Below are positions 1-10,994 of a stretch of 64,000 nucleotides of DNA, piece after piece; within the stretch, counting starts at the first letter, position 1, and every line of letters begins with the position of its first letter. The notes beneath the pieces are model-generated. The model did not search any database, was not told the DNA's origin, and was given only the letters and a program-made list of their open reading frames with translations. The position numbers were made by a program, and so were the translations under genes. The DNA comes from an uncultured delta proteobacterium (lineage in GTDB: Bacteria > Desulfobacterota > Binatia > UBA9968): contig CAWJZV010000018.1 of the NCBI GenBank assembly GCA_963847445.1, forward strand, positions 91,322 to 155,321, in the 5' to 3' direction.

Positions 1-703
1 AGCCCGACTCGGTCGGCCCCTGCCATTGGCCAACCGGCATCTCACCGAGTGCGGCTGCAAACCGTTCGCCAAATTGCTTCACCACTTCGGCCGCCGCTAT
101 TCCATTAAATTCATTTTCGAGCATGAGGGAATCGCCGAGCGCCGCAATATCGGCGTTGGTTCCGGCGCGACGCAGCTGCGCGAGCAGCTTCGTCGCGTCT
201 CGTCCGAGATTTGTCCCGCGCTGCTGCGGGTTGAGATAGACTTGCCTAAAAGTAAATCTCCGATCGCCGCGAAACGCGTCTGCATGTTCTTTCAAATATG
301 CGCGTAACTGCTCGTCGGTCGGCTCAGCGTGGGCGGCGACGTCTTCAGAGACAAACTCAAGCTTCTGGCGCAGCCGCCGGCGGATGATCGTGTCGTCCTT
401 GTCGAGGCCGAGGGCAACCGCTTCGCGGGCGAAAACTTCTTCGCGAACGTAGTCGCGGAGCATCCCTTCCAATTCGCTTGCAGTCGGCGGCCGCCGCCAG
501 GTGCGGCTGAAAGCGGTCTCGAGCGACTCGATCCGGCCTTGGGTGATGAGAATCTTGCCGGGTTGGCTCGTCTCGCTCGAAATGAATTTGAACGCCGCGA
601 AAATCAATGCGCCGAGCAACAGGAAATGCACCAGCGGTTCGCGAAGCAAGCGTCCGACCGTGTCTCGGTACTCGTCACTCGACAATGTTTCGTGCCTTTT
701 CAC
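1..703 (-). CDS. PpiC-type peptidyl-prolyl isomerase family protein (runs off the left edge)
   Basis: Hand translation from GTG at 703 gives ...GRLLREPLVHFLLLGALIF...WRRPPTASELEG...YVREEVFAREAVALGLDKDDTIIRRRLRQKLEF..., the PPIase-like family typically found downstream of DUF3604. It is absent from the ORF track because it lacks a stop in the window. Confidence 0.8.
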   Translation of the reverse strand, partial: MKRHETLSSDEYRDTVGRLLREPLVHFLLLGALIFAAFKFISSETSQPGKILITQGRIESLETAFSRTWRRPPTASELEGMLRDYVREEVFAREAVALGLDKDDTIIRRRLRQKLEFVSEDVAAHAEPTDEQLRAYLKEHADAFRGDRRFTFRQVYLNPQQRGTNLGRDATKLLAQLRRAGTNADIAALGDSLMLENEFNGIAAAEVVKQFGERFAAALGEMPVGQWQGPTESG

Positions 704-852
704 TTTCGTCTCATCCTCTCAATCGAGCTGGTCAATATCCCGATCATCCCGTCGAGCAATTCGATCCGTTGCTGAATTACATCCTTCTTGTGGTTTCTTC
801 ACTCGACACTCTTTCCTGACCCTCGACACTCGTCACTCGACGATTCCATTGC

Positions 853-2838
853 TCAGGCTCCCGGCGTATACCAGATTGGCGATGTATAGGCGCGCTCGGT
901 CGTGGTCATGGGAACTTCCTTCGGCATCTTGACGCCGAAATATTTCGCGTCGTAGGCGGTCCAGCGCGGTGTCGGAATCTCGATGACGCGGCCGTAGTAA
1001 AACGCGCGCTGCGCCGGATCGAAGTCCGGATCTTGCCACACGGCGATCAACTCGGTTGCGCCGATCGTATTGGTCCAGGTCGCGTTGTCGACGTCTACCG
1101 TGGTGCCCACCGAGGGCAGTTTGCCGGTTTTCGCATCCGGTTTGCGGCCCGCCGACCAGGCGACGTCATAGATCTTTTCGTGGAGTTGGCCCTTGGCATC
1201 GAGCCAGCCTTTGATGATCTGATAACGATCCAGGTTGGCGCCGATCGGATCCTTGAGCGCGGCAACGAGAAACGTCGGCGCCTTGCCTTTCGGTGCATCG
1301 GTGAGATCGCCGCCCATCGGCACGCCTTTGGTGTAACCGATGTTAGCCGGCAAGCGGTTCTGCGCATCTTTCGCCTCGAAATCGAATCCGCCAAAGAAAC
1401 GCACGGCCATGCGCGGCCCCGTCGTAGCGTAAGTCTCCCGACGTTGCATGGCGTCGAAAATGGACTCGCGGGTGTTTTCCTGAGCCCACACGGCGGCGTA
1501 GCCGGCGGCTTGCGTCTCCCAGCCCAGGATGGTCACGCCCGATGCCGCATTTTTGATGAACGGATGCTCCCACCGTTGCGGGCTCGGTTCGGAGGTGGCC
1601 ATCTTGCCGAAGAAATTGTCCTCCTCGATCGCGGAGATGCCGATGTGCGAGTCGGTCGAGCCGACGAGACCAAACTTGAAGGGGTTCGCGCCGAGCTCCG
1701 CCTCGAGCTTGAGGCCGTTCTTGTAGGCCGAGCGCGCGTATTCGAACTCCAGCATCTCCGGCTTCTTGGGAACCGAGCCATCGAGGTTGGCTTTGTCCCA
1801 GCGGTTGAAGTCCGCAAACTCGTCATTGGGCGAAAGAAAGGGATGCGCTTCGCCGTCGCCCTTGGTCTGGGTGACTTCGTAGAGGCGCTCCCATTTCAGG
1901 CGAGTCAGAGCGTAGTCCTTGTCGAGCTTGCCACCTGAGACCGGCTCGATGATCGGGAACATGCGGCCGTTGGAGAGATTGCCGTTGTGCGCGATGGCCA
2001 GCAAGCGCCCACCGGTCTTCTGCTCGTAGGCGGCCATCCATTTCCAGAGATCGCGCGGGTCGTCGCTGCCCAGCGGCGGGAAGGTCGTGTAAGGCTCCAT
2101 CTGACTGGCCTTCGAGCCGTCGTCGCGATAAATCACGTTGCGGTGGAGGTTATTGCCGCCGGTATTCGAGGTCCACTCGTAGCCGATGAAGGCCGTGAAG
2201 CGCCCTGGGGCGTTGGCCTGTTCGGCGGCTTGAATGGTCGCCTGCCACGCCGAGCGGTAGCCGGGGCTGCCCGGCAGGTATTGCATCGTCGCCGGCATCT
2301 TCCCGGCGCCGTAAAGCGGCAGCAATTCGCCGAAGGCCTGCGAGACCTTGCCGTCGCGGACAAGTTCAAACCAGCGGCGCGCGGTCGGATCGGCCAGCAC
2401 CTCGGGCTTCCCGCCGAGGAAGTCCGGCGCCAGGCCCATGAAATCCGAGTGGTCCGCCACCACGAGAAAGTCGAGCGGCCGCGAGAGGCGCACCCGCTGG
2501 CCAGTGGAGGATGTCACCTCCTCGCCCTTGGCGAAGCGATACGCCTCCACGGGGCCGAGCTTGCAGCCGAACATGCCGGCGTCGAAAGACATCGCGGTGT
2601 GCAGGTGCGTGTCGCCGAAGAGCGGGCGCCCCGGGAAGTTGCGTCCCGCATACGGCGAGTAGTGCGGCTTGGCCGGAAACACCTTGGCTGCCGTTTCCTT
2701 GTCGAGTGTGCCCATGTCGGTCTGCACCTGCGCCAGCACCGGCACAGCGACGGCGGCAGCCGCAGTTGCCGCGATCTTCAAGAAGTCACGGCGCTTGATA
2801 TCGTTAGCTGAATTTAAAAGTTTTTTCTTTTTTGCCAT
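853..2838 (-). CDS. DUF3604 family protein, Tat-exported
   Basis: Intact ORF. ATG at 2838 follows a GGAG RBS. Twin-arginine RRDFLK. Family motifs FGDTHLHT, LDFLVVADHSD, AIAHNGNLSNG, GSTDSH, ERAYTSPIWY. Confidence 0.88.
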   Translation of the reverse strand: MAKKKKLLNSANDIKRRDFLKIAATAAAAVAVPVLAQVQTDMGTLDKETAAKVFPAKPHYSPYAGRNFPGRPLFGDTHLHTAMSFDAGMFGCKLGPVEAYRFAKGEEVTSSTGQRVRLSRPLDFLVVADHSDFMGLAPDFLGGKPEVLADPTARRWFELVRDGKVSQAFGELLPLYGAGKMPATMQYLPGSPGYRSAWQATIQAAEQANAPGRFTAFIGYEWTSNTGGNNLHRNVIYRDDGSKASQMEPYTTFPPLGSDDPRDLWKWMAAYEQKTGGRLLAIAHNGNLSNGRMFPIIEPVSGGKLDKDYALTRLKWERLYEVTQTKGDGEAHPFLSPNDEFADFNRWDKANLDGSVPKKPEMLEFEYARSAYKNGLKLEAELGANPFKFGLVGSTDSHIGISAIEEDNFFGKMATSEPSPQRWEHPFIKNAASGVTILGWETQAAGYAAVWAQENTRESIFDAMQRRETYATTGPRMAVRFFGGFDFEAKDAQNRLPANIGYTKGVPMGGDLTDAPKGKAPTFLVAALKDPIGANLDRYQIIKGWLDAKGQLHEKIYDVAWSAGRKPDAKTGKLPSVGTTVDVDNATWTNTIGATELIAVWQDPDFDPAQRAFYYGRVIEIPTPRWTAYDAKYFGVKMPKEVPMTTTERAYTSPIWYTPGA

Positions 2839-3127
2839 CTTTTCTCCTAACCTGTTCCTGCCCAGATTTTCTGGCGAATCTTGTGTCAATGTCACGTCCT
2901 GTCAAAGTGAACTTCGGTGAAGCGTAAAGACCGCGGTAACAAATGACTGTAGCGTCGCCCGGGAAGCCGCCGAAGAATTTATACCGAAGCGCGTCTCGAC
3001 GCGTCGGGAGTGGTTATCTCCGGCGGAATGTCCATCGTCATTTTTATTTTCGAGTTACTCTGCGCTTAAGCAGCGACTGTACCCAAACGAAACGGGGGCG
3101 CGCAAGCAGCCATTCGTACTTGTGAAT

Positions 3128-3282
3128 GGCGCTACACGCATGAGCCAATCGCCCTTGTAGAAAGCGCGGTCGCCAAAGAATGAGCCGATGCTCCAGCCTT
3201 GACATTTTTCATTCCGCTGGCCAGAAACTTGTCCACCTTTTCGTCGCCCTCCTTCACGCCCAGCAAGACCTCGGCCTTGTAT
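3128..3282 (-). pseudogene. Internal relic of a DUF1254/DUF1214-family gene
   Basis: Two frames join to YKAEVLLGVKEGDEKVDKFLASGMKNVK/GWSIGSFFGDRAFYKGDWLMRVA, resembling the mid-region of DUF1254/1214 proteins. No start or end of that gene is present. Confidence 0.5.
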
Positions 3283-3562
3283 GCTCAATACCCCATTAAA
3301 GAATCTGCGTTTGGCTTTCACGAATGTTGTCCTTTCATTTCCTACTTCTCGATCTTGTAGATGTATCACTTCCCTCATTGCTCACGACGCCTGCTTCACC
3401 GCCGCGTCTGCCAGGGAGCGTTCGCGATCGGCAGGATCGAAGTTATGGACGATTTTCCCGAAACCGCCAATGCTGGCCAAGACGTCGACTAGTTTCCGTT
3501 TACGTTTTCAGCTGCATTTGGAACGCTTTCGGGGAAAATAGACTGAACCGATCGAGCGTGTA

Positions 3563-3582
3563 TATTGGACCTTGGTCCAATG
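3563..3582. promoter_or_regulatory. Palindromic operator, copy 1 (TATTGGACCTTGGTCCAATG)
   Basis: Dyad TTGGAC-N4-GTCCAA preceded by TGTA. A minus-strand TATTTT hexamer lies at 3540-3535. Confidence 0.75.
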
Positions 3583-3947
3583 GGGTTCGATCCAGGATGC
3601 GGGATGCGGGATGCGAATTTTTATTCTGACCCGAACTGCTGGTATCCGGGGGCAAAGTGAACAGCAGAGATCTACGAAATGTCGAGACTCAAGAGATGCG
3701 AAACCGAATTAAGGATTTCGCGAACGCACTGCTTCGGTGTTTTTTCTCCAAGCCCGAGGATACACGCTATAGCATCCTCCTTTTCGTCCTGAGTGACCGG
3801 GTCATCCCTCGTATCGCAATTGGCGAGTGGACCCGACTCGATGGCAATGCCCAGCACCTGCTAAAGAGTTTGAGCGTTTAGTTTCATAAATGTACTACTA
3901 TTAGATTCCTAGAATTTCTCAGACCCGTCAATTTTTTCTGCCTCCGC

Positions 3948-4752
3948 TCACTTCGGAAACAAAAATTGGACCTGAAAGCGCAACTGCCAGTCCGGGCCGA
4001 AATCAGGTTTCGCGACATTCCCGTAGGCGGCAAGTTGCACGTTGATCGGTTGCTTACCCACTCGGAATAGTTTTCCCACGCCGCCGCCTATCGGCACAGT
4101 CCAGACATCGCCTGCCTTGTCCGCTTTCCAATCGGCCGTGAGTATCGGCGCAGTGGTCAGATACCAACCAGCCGGCAAGTTGTAGTTGACGAACGGCTGC
4201 GACACCATCGCGTTCACGGCTTTGTCGCCCCAACCGCCGACGGACCACTGATTATTCATCAGCGCGCCAAACACCCACGGCCCTTGCATTGTCAGTGCTA
4301 CGCCCGCCGGTCCCATGCTCCACTTGCCGCTGCCAAGCAGACGATCGTTCGCCGTCGGCAAAGTAAACGTCGGCCCAAAACCCCAAATCAAACTGCTCGG
4401 CTTCGACGGTGAGAAAAAGAATGTCGGGTTGATGTCGCCCCAATCCCGCGGCACTATCGACGCCTGGAAATAACGACGGCTGGCTGATGATCGGCATGAT
4501 CACCCGCGTGATCAAGTTCCAATCTTCCGCTATCTTGATCGGAATCACCGGCTGCACGTTAAGAATGTAAATCATCTTGTCTTTGCTGCCGGCGCCAAAG
4601 TTGAAATTGTTCTGCAGCGGCACACTGATCAGATCCGCCACCGGATTCTGGGTTTGCTTCGCCAGCTCGGATTCGTCCTGCGCCTGCGCTTGCGAAAACA
4701 ATAAACCGATTAGTGCCGCTGTTGCGGCGAGAAATTGAAACGGCTTTAGCAT
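3948..4752 (-). CDS. Outer-membrane beta-barrel protein (family often misannotated 'neuromedin U'), one frameshift near 4440
   Basis: Signal peptide, ELAKQTQNPVADLISVPLQNN, LNVQPVIP, FVNYNLPAGWYL, C-terminal WQLRFQVQFLFPK. Joined from ORFs 4252..4752 and 3948..4454. Confidence 0.75.
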
Positions 4753-5006
4753 AAAGCGAGTTGCTCCTGTTAGTTCCTGTCGAGTGCTGCTGCCGTATGA
4801 GCGCAGCGTGAGGTCGTCGACGTTTCGCTAAACAGCAACACAGCCCGCTACGCCGATTGAAGTGCCAGGGAAATCACACTTCGTCGACGGCAGGACGGTT
4901 CGTGTTGCGTGTCAATGCAATGTCGATCTGATTGGAGTCGCGCGCGCGGCCAGGGCGGCCTTCTCCGAGTGCTCTCAGTACCAAGACCGGTTATTTTACC
5001 TTGCTT

Positions 5007-7370
5007 TCACTTGACCTCGACCGTCACCTTGACGATCTTGCCGGTGAAGGCGTTGTCGCCCTGCTTGTAGTCGGGGGACACGTTGGTCTCGCCGTCCAGA
5101 CCCACGTCGGCGCCTTCATCCGCCGAGAACGCGAACGGCTGGGTCTTGGGAATATGCGCCTTCGGCGACCTTCGTGCCATTGACGCTCAGGATCGACTTG
5201 CCGCCCGTGCCCGGCTTGGCCTGCATCGGGAATGAACTCGTAGACGATCGTGTGCTTGCCGGGCGCGAGAGCCGTGGTACCCGCGATGTTGGTGCGCTCC
5301 AGAGCGAACCAGTTGTACTCGTGGTGCACCTTGCCGTCCTTCATGTACAGCACCCACCCACCGAAGTAGCCGGCCTGGGCGATGATCACGCCTTGCGTCG
5401 TTGGCGTCCTTCACCTCCACCTCGGCCGTGACGGTGTGTGCTACGCCCTTCACGTTGATGAAGGCGTTCTCCATCATGCCCGTCATGCCGGGATAGACTG
5501 TCAGCGTCTTGCGCCCGCCCATCAGGTCGGGACGTCCGGCGATCGCCGGGTTGAAGCGCTCGGAGCGTCGATCGTCGATCGGCAGCACGTTGTTGCGGAT
5601 CGCCTCCTTCATGAAGACCGCCTGCAACTCCTTCAGCTTCTCCGGATGCTTCTTGGCCAGGTCGTTCGCCTGGCTGAAGTCCTCGATCGACGTTGTAGAG
5701 CTCCCACACGTCGTCCGTCAGCGCGGGTATTTTCGCGCTCATATCCCACGGGATCGAATGCCGGGTGCAGGCCATCCAGCCGTCATGGTAGATGCCGCGA
5801 TTGCCGAACATTTCGAAGTACTGCGTCTTCCGGCGATCCGGCGGCCTTGGCATTGTCGGCTGAATAGAGCATCGACACGCCGTCCATCGGCCGCTGCTTG
5901 ATGCCGTTCACCACTTTGGGCTGCGGCAGTTTCGCGGCTTCCAGCGCGGTGGGAGCCACGTCGATCACGATGGTGGAACTGGCTGCGGACTTCGCCCTTG
6001 GCCTTGATGCCCTTGGGCCAATGAAGAACCATGCCGTTGCGCGTGCCGCCGAAGTGGCTGGCGACCTGCTTGGTCCACTGGAACGGCGTGTTGCCGGCCC
6101 AGGCCCAGCCGATGGCGAAGTGCGGGAACGTGGTGGGGTCGCCCCAGGTGTCGATGTGCGCCATCATCTGATCGGCTTTGCCGATGATGCCGTTCAGCGC
6201 CATCATTTCGTTGTAGGTGCCTTCCGGACCGCCTTCGGCGCTCGCGCCGTTGTCGCCCACGATGTAGTAGAAGATCGTGTTGTCCAGCGCGCCGATCGCC
6301 TCCAGTTGCGCCACCAGCCGGCCGACTTCATGGTCGGTGTGCTCGGCGAAGCCGGCGAAGGTTTCCATCTGGCGCTCGAACAGCCGCTTCTGATCGGCGT
6401 TCATGTCGTCCCAGGCGGGAATTTCCTTCGGCCGAGGCGTGAGCTTGGCGTTCGGCCGGGATCACGCCCAGCTTCTTCTGGCGGGCGAAGGTTTCCTCGC
6501 GCAGCTTGTCCCAGCCGCCGCTGAACTCTCCCTTGTACTTTGCGATCCACTCCTTGGGCGCATGGTGCGGAGCGTGCGTCGCACCGGTGGCGAAGTACAT
6601 GTAGAACGGCTTGTCCGGCGTCAGGGCCTGCTGGGCGCTGACCCAGTTGATCGCCTGGTTCGGTCATGTCGACGGTGAAGTGATAGTCCGGGCGTTTGCT
6701 TGTGCTCGACGCGCGTCACGCCGTCATAGATCGCCGGAGCCCATTGGTTGGTTTCGCCGCCGATGAAGCCGTAGAACTTGTCGAAGCCGGATCCCGTGGG
6801 CCAGCGGTCGTAGGGACCGGAGACCGAGACTTCCCATGGCGGGGTTTCGTGATACTTGCCGAAGGCGGCGGTGCTGTAGCCGTTCTGGCGCAGGATTTCC
6901 GCCAGGGGCGTGATCGTCTTGGGCGCACGCCGGTGTTGCCGGGAAAAGCGGTGGCGAGCTCCATGATCGCGCCGGCGTTGTTGGCGTGATGATTGTGGCC
7001 GGTCAGCAGGGCCGTGCGCGGTCGGGCTGCACAGCGCGGTGGTGTGGAAGCGGTTGTACTTGAGGCCGCTGGCCGCCAGCTTTTCCAGCGTCGGCATGCT
7101 GATCGGACCGCCGAAGGCGCTGCTGTGGCCGAAGCCGATGTCGTCGATCAGCACGATCACGACGTTGGGCGCGCCCTCCGGCGCCTTCACCTCGAAACGC
7201 GGCGGCGCCTTGGCCTTGCGCGCGTCCAGCTCGGTAATGGTCGGGTATGCCGGCTCGGCAATCGGCAATACCCTGCGGTCGGGCTCGCCCTTCGCCTGCC
7301 CCGCAGCGTCACCGGCAAGAAACGCAGCTATGACCAACGATAAAAGGTACTGAAGCATCTTGTGATTCAA
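5007..7370 (-). CDS. Arylsulfatase (Cys-type, with C-terminal LamG-like domain), multiple frameshifts
   Basis: [24 protein letters not shown](R) CxPxR motif, [48 protein letters not shown]. Ends [10 protein letters not shown]-stop at 5007. Confidence 0.88.
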
Positions 7371-7452
7371 TGGTTCTCTCCCTTGGAAATTCTTTGGGAC
7401 TTCTTCGACATTAATCTAACATGAGCACTTAGCATCGATGCGTCCTGCCGCC

Positions 7453-7472
7453 TATTGGACTTTGGTCCAACA
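7453..7472. promoter_or_regulatory. Palindromic operator, copy 2 (TATTGGACTTTGGTCCAACA)
   Basis: Same dyad, ~83 bp upstream of the arylsulfatase start. Confidence 0.78.
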
Positions 7473-7540
7473 TGGCGACCTGGGTTGCGGTGCAGCGAAA
7501 ATCGGTTGCCAAGTCAGGATCTCTTTGCTCCCGCCCGGTT

Positions 7541-8041
7541 TCATTTCAGGCGCGCGAAGGCTACCGGAAAGCGCTGGCCTTCGACGGCCTGGTAATAGAT
7601 TCCTTTGAGCTGATCTCTCTCTGCGTCATAGGTCAGGGAGTAAGTCGAGCCTGGATAGTTTACGTCGCGCAGCTCGATGAAAACTTTTGTCGCATCGCCG
7701 TCCCGCGACACTTCGGCTTTGCCGACATGAATCGATTTCGGATTGAAATACGCGGCATCCATCGAACCGTTGGCAGCGATGGATTTGATTTCTAGTACAT
7801 ATCCGCCGTCCTGTCGCTTCCAGCGTCCCGTGAACTTTTGAAGTTCAGAGGTCCGCTCCGAGGTGATCGGATTCGCGGCGAGAAAGATATCCGCCGGTTT
7901 GACTTCCCACCACCAAAACCCCAGCGCGATTACCACCGCAGTTGCCAGAAAACCCACCGCCAAGCGAAGCTTTTTTCGTTTGGCGGTTTGCGATGGGATC
8001 GGCTGCTTGGCTCGCCGAGTCTTCTTGGATCGTTTGCTCAT
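7541..8041 (-). CDS. Membrane-anchored conserved hypothetical protein (small beta-rich domain)
   Basis: Intact 166-aa ORF with one N-terminal TM helix and GRWKRQDGGYVLEI..AAYFNP..ELRDVNYPGSTYSLTY. Confidence 0.7.
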   Translation of the reverse strand: MSKRSKKTRRAKQPIPSQTAKRKKLRLAVGFLATAVVIALGFWWWEVKPADIFLAANPITSERTSELQKFTGRWKRQDGGYVLEIKSIAANGSMDAAYFNPKSIHVGKAEVSRDGDATKVFIELRDVNYPGSTYSLTYDAERDQLKGIYYQAVEGQRFPVAFARLK

Positions 8042-8120
8042 GCGCTATTCGGTGGCTCGACGAGCAATGCAATGTCTGACATTCGAAACTTTCGTCTCCC
8101 ATTGCTCACCTGGTCACTCC

Positions 8121-10587
8121 CTACTTGTCCGCCAGCTTGCGCAGCCGCTCCGCGTACTTCTCCGCCTCCGCGGTCTGGCCGCGTTCACTATGAATGGCTG
8201 CCAGCGCCTGAAGAACATCGAGATCGTTGGGATGAGCCGCCAAAGTCTTTTCGAGCCTGCTGATCGCGGCGTCGGCTTTGCCGCATAGAGTGCAGCGCGA
8301 CGGCGTAGACATACGCAAAACGCGCATTCGCCGGCTCAAGGATCGTCGCGCGCTCGAGCTCGCCCAGCGCCGCGTCGGCGCGTTTCAGCCGCACCAACGC
8401 CAGCCCGAGCGCGTGATGCAGCATCGCGCTCTTTGGCGCGAGCTTGAGTCCGTCGCGCAGGATGCGCTCGCCTTCCGCGTCGCGCCCGCGCGCGCGGTAC
8501 AGGTCAGCCAAGATTCACGTACGCGGGAATGAAGTGCGGATCGAGCCGGATCGCTGCTTTGATTTCTTCTTCCGCCTTCGCCGCATCGCCGCGATTCGCA
8601 TAGAAGGTTCCGAGATTGACGCGCGCGTCGGCCCGGTCGGCATTGTAGCGTTGGCTGGCGATATATTCCGCGCTCGCGCGCTCGAATGACGGCGCGCTGC
8701 TCCGCAGTTCAGTTGCTCCGCCGGCACGGGCGCGAGCAGGCTCGCCGCTTCGATGCGCACCGCTTTCAGCGGATCGGCGAGGAGCGGCGCGGCCAACTGA
8801 ACGCGCGCATCCGGCGAGCGCGCCGGCCAGCGACTGAAGAGCGGCGAGCCGGACCAGCGGACTGCGGATCGCGCGCGCCCGCGGCAATCGTGTCGAGTGA
8901 GGTTTTACCGTAGCGCAGCATTGAGTTGCGCAAACGCCGTGGCGCGCGCGATGGCCGGATGGCTGGCGTCGGCGGCGATCGCGCGCAGTTGCGCCTGCGC
9001 ATCGAGCGCGCCGCCGTTGGCAGCGGCAAACGCCGCGGCGAAGCGTTGATAGCCCTGCGGCTCGCGGCCGTACCATTGCTTCACCTGCGCCGCCGCCCAG
9101 CGCGCGTCGCGATTGGTGTGACAGCCGTTGCAGGCGTTCGGCGTGGCCGAATTTTACGGACAGATCCGGCCGCGGCACGCGCAGGCTGTGATCGTGGCGC
9201 GGATCGACGACCATGTAGGTCGTCGTCGGCATGTGACAGGCGACGCACGCGGCGCCGGCGCTGCCGGGCTTGTGATGATGGTGCGCCGCCGCGTCGTACT
9301 TGCTTGGCAGGTGGCAGGCGGCGCACAGGGCGTTGCCCTCGGCGCGCAGCTTGCCGCTGTGCGGATCATGGCAGTCGCTGCACGTGACGCCGCTCGCGTA
9401 CATCTTGCTCTGCAGGAACGAACCCCAGTTGTAGACCTCGTCGCGCTGTTGGCCGTCGGCATGGTACAGCGGGCTGGTCGAGCAGCGCCGGGCGATAGTA
9501 GTCGAGAAACGGCTTGCCGGCTTCGTAGCCCTCGGCGATCTGGCCGCGCCGCGCATGGCATTGCGCGCACACCTCGATCTCACGCTCGCTGGCGCGCGGC
9601 TGCGAGCGCGCCGCGTTGCCGGTCGTTGCGATTGACATCCACGCGACTGCCGCGCCGTTCATCGAGGCGCGCGCTCAGACCCTTCGATCGATTCGTCCCC
9701 CTTTGAAAAAGGGGGACTGAGGGGGATTTCCGTCGGACTTAAATCCCCCCTTGCCCCCCTTTTTCAAAGGGGGGATTGCGCTCGGCCCACTTCAAGATGC
9801 AGCGAGCCGGGGCCATGGCAGGCTTCGCAACCGACGTTGATCTCAGCCCACTGCGTCTGGAATCGGTTGGCGGCGGATCGTAATTTTTTCGCAATTCGGT
9901 TGAGTGACAGTCGGCGCACATGAAGTTCCAGTTTTGCGCCGGACCGCGTCCAGTGCAGCTCGTCGTCGTGAGTGATCCGCTCGTTGGGATAGAGGTGAAA
10001 CCAGCGCTGGCCGCCTGCCTGCTTCGGGCGCGCGTCCCAGGCGATTGACAGCGCCTGAAGCCGGCCATCGGGAAACTCGATCAGGTATTGCTGCAGCGGC
10101 GTAGACACCGAAGGTGTACTTGATTTCATAGTCTGTCAGTTTGCCGTCGGGACCGTCGGTGTTGACGAAAAATTTTCCGTCGCGCTTGAAGAAGGTGGAA
10201 GCGATTCCGGCGTAGGAAAATTTCGCGTTGGCGAAGTTTCCGAGCACGCTCTTGTCGCTCGCTTCCTGCATCGCGAGATCGTGGTGCGACCCGCGCCACG
10301 CGTTGTAAGGCGCTTCATGGCAGCCTTTGCAGGTCGCGAGGCCCACGTACGTTGCGGCCATGACCTGTCTCCGCCGGGCGCGCTGTCGTGTCTGCAGTTT
10401 TAGGCTGAGGATTGTGAAAAGCTAGATAAATAATGAGTCCAACCGCGATCACACTTGCGACACCAAGCAAGATGATTGGTATTTTCGAAACGCTCGGTTT
10501 GTCCGACGTACTCTCTTGTGCTGCCTCCGTTTTATCCTTGTTGGAAGATTTTGCCGCGGAGCGGTTGTTCTTTCGTCTGCGAGCCAT
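8121..10587 (-). CDS. Multiheme (8 CxxCH) cytochrome c with HEAT and TPR repeats, frameshifted
   Basis: Across frames: CKGCH, CADCH, CEACH, CAQCH, CSDCH, CAACH, CVACH, CNGCH. Also WRGSHHDLAMQEA, YNWGSFLQSKMY, an N-terminal TM helix and C-terminal TPRs (ARVNLG, AYVNLADLYR). Confidence 0.85.
9696..9775. repeat. Palindromic CCCCCTTT..AAAGGGGG element inside the cytochrome CDS
   Basis: TCCCCCTTTGAAAAAGGGGGACTGAGGGGGATTT-loop-AAATCCCCCCTTGCCCCCCTTTTTCAAAGGGGGGA. A related element is intergenic at 45588-45645. Confidence 0.8.
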
Positions 10588-10602
10588 AATATCGAGTGTT
10601 TT

Positions 10603-10945
10603 TCATTTCCCGAACACAAAGACCTGCCTCCAATCCTTCTTCATGTCCACAACTGTCCATCCTTTCGCCCGTGCCTCATCGAGCCCCTTGTCGAGCCGGC
10701 CGATCGATGAAGCCCAGTCGTATCGCCCACTCGCGTTCGGCATCGGTGTGGTGGACGTAAACACAAAAGCGCGGGCCCGACGCCTCGCAAGTCCACTGCA
10801 GCATCTGCAGGTCGCCGTCGGAGTTGCCAAAGGCGGCAATCGGGCGGCGGCCGATGAATTTGTTGATCGCCACCGGTTTGCCTTCCTTGTCGTCGATGAA
10901 ATCGATTTCCGCCAGACGTAGGATCACAGGCTTGCCATCTGTCGC
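10603..10945 (-). pseudogene. C-terminal third of a HAD-family hydrolase
   Basis: FIDDKEGKPVAINKFIGRRPIAAFGNSDGDLQMLQWT..VHHTDAEREWAYD..GRLDKGLDEARAKGWTVVDMKKDW. The N-terminal DxD motif region is absent, with only ~50 bp to the upstream gene. Confidence 0.7.
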
Positions 10946-10994
10946 CAGACCGAGCGGCCCGTTTGCTCGCATCATCAAGCGCTGGTGCGCGACG

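Noticed and set aside
1033-2811. Long antisense ORFs (e.g. 1033-1938, 1987-2811, 27208-28236, 48739-49761)
   Set aside because: They are shadow ORFs opposite well-supported genes in high-GC DNA, with no recognisable motifs.
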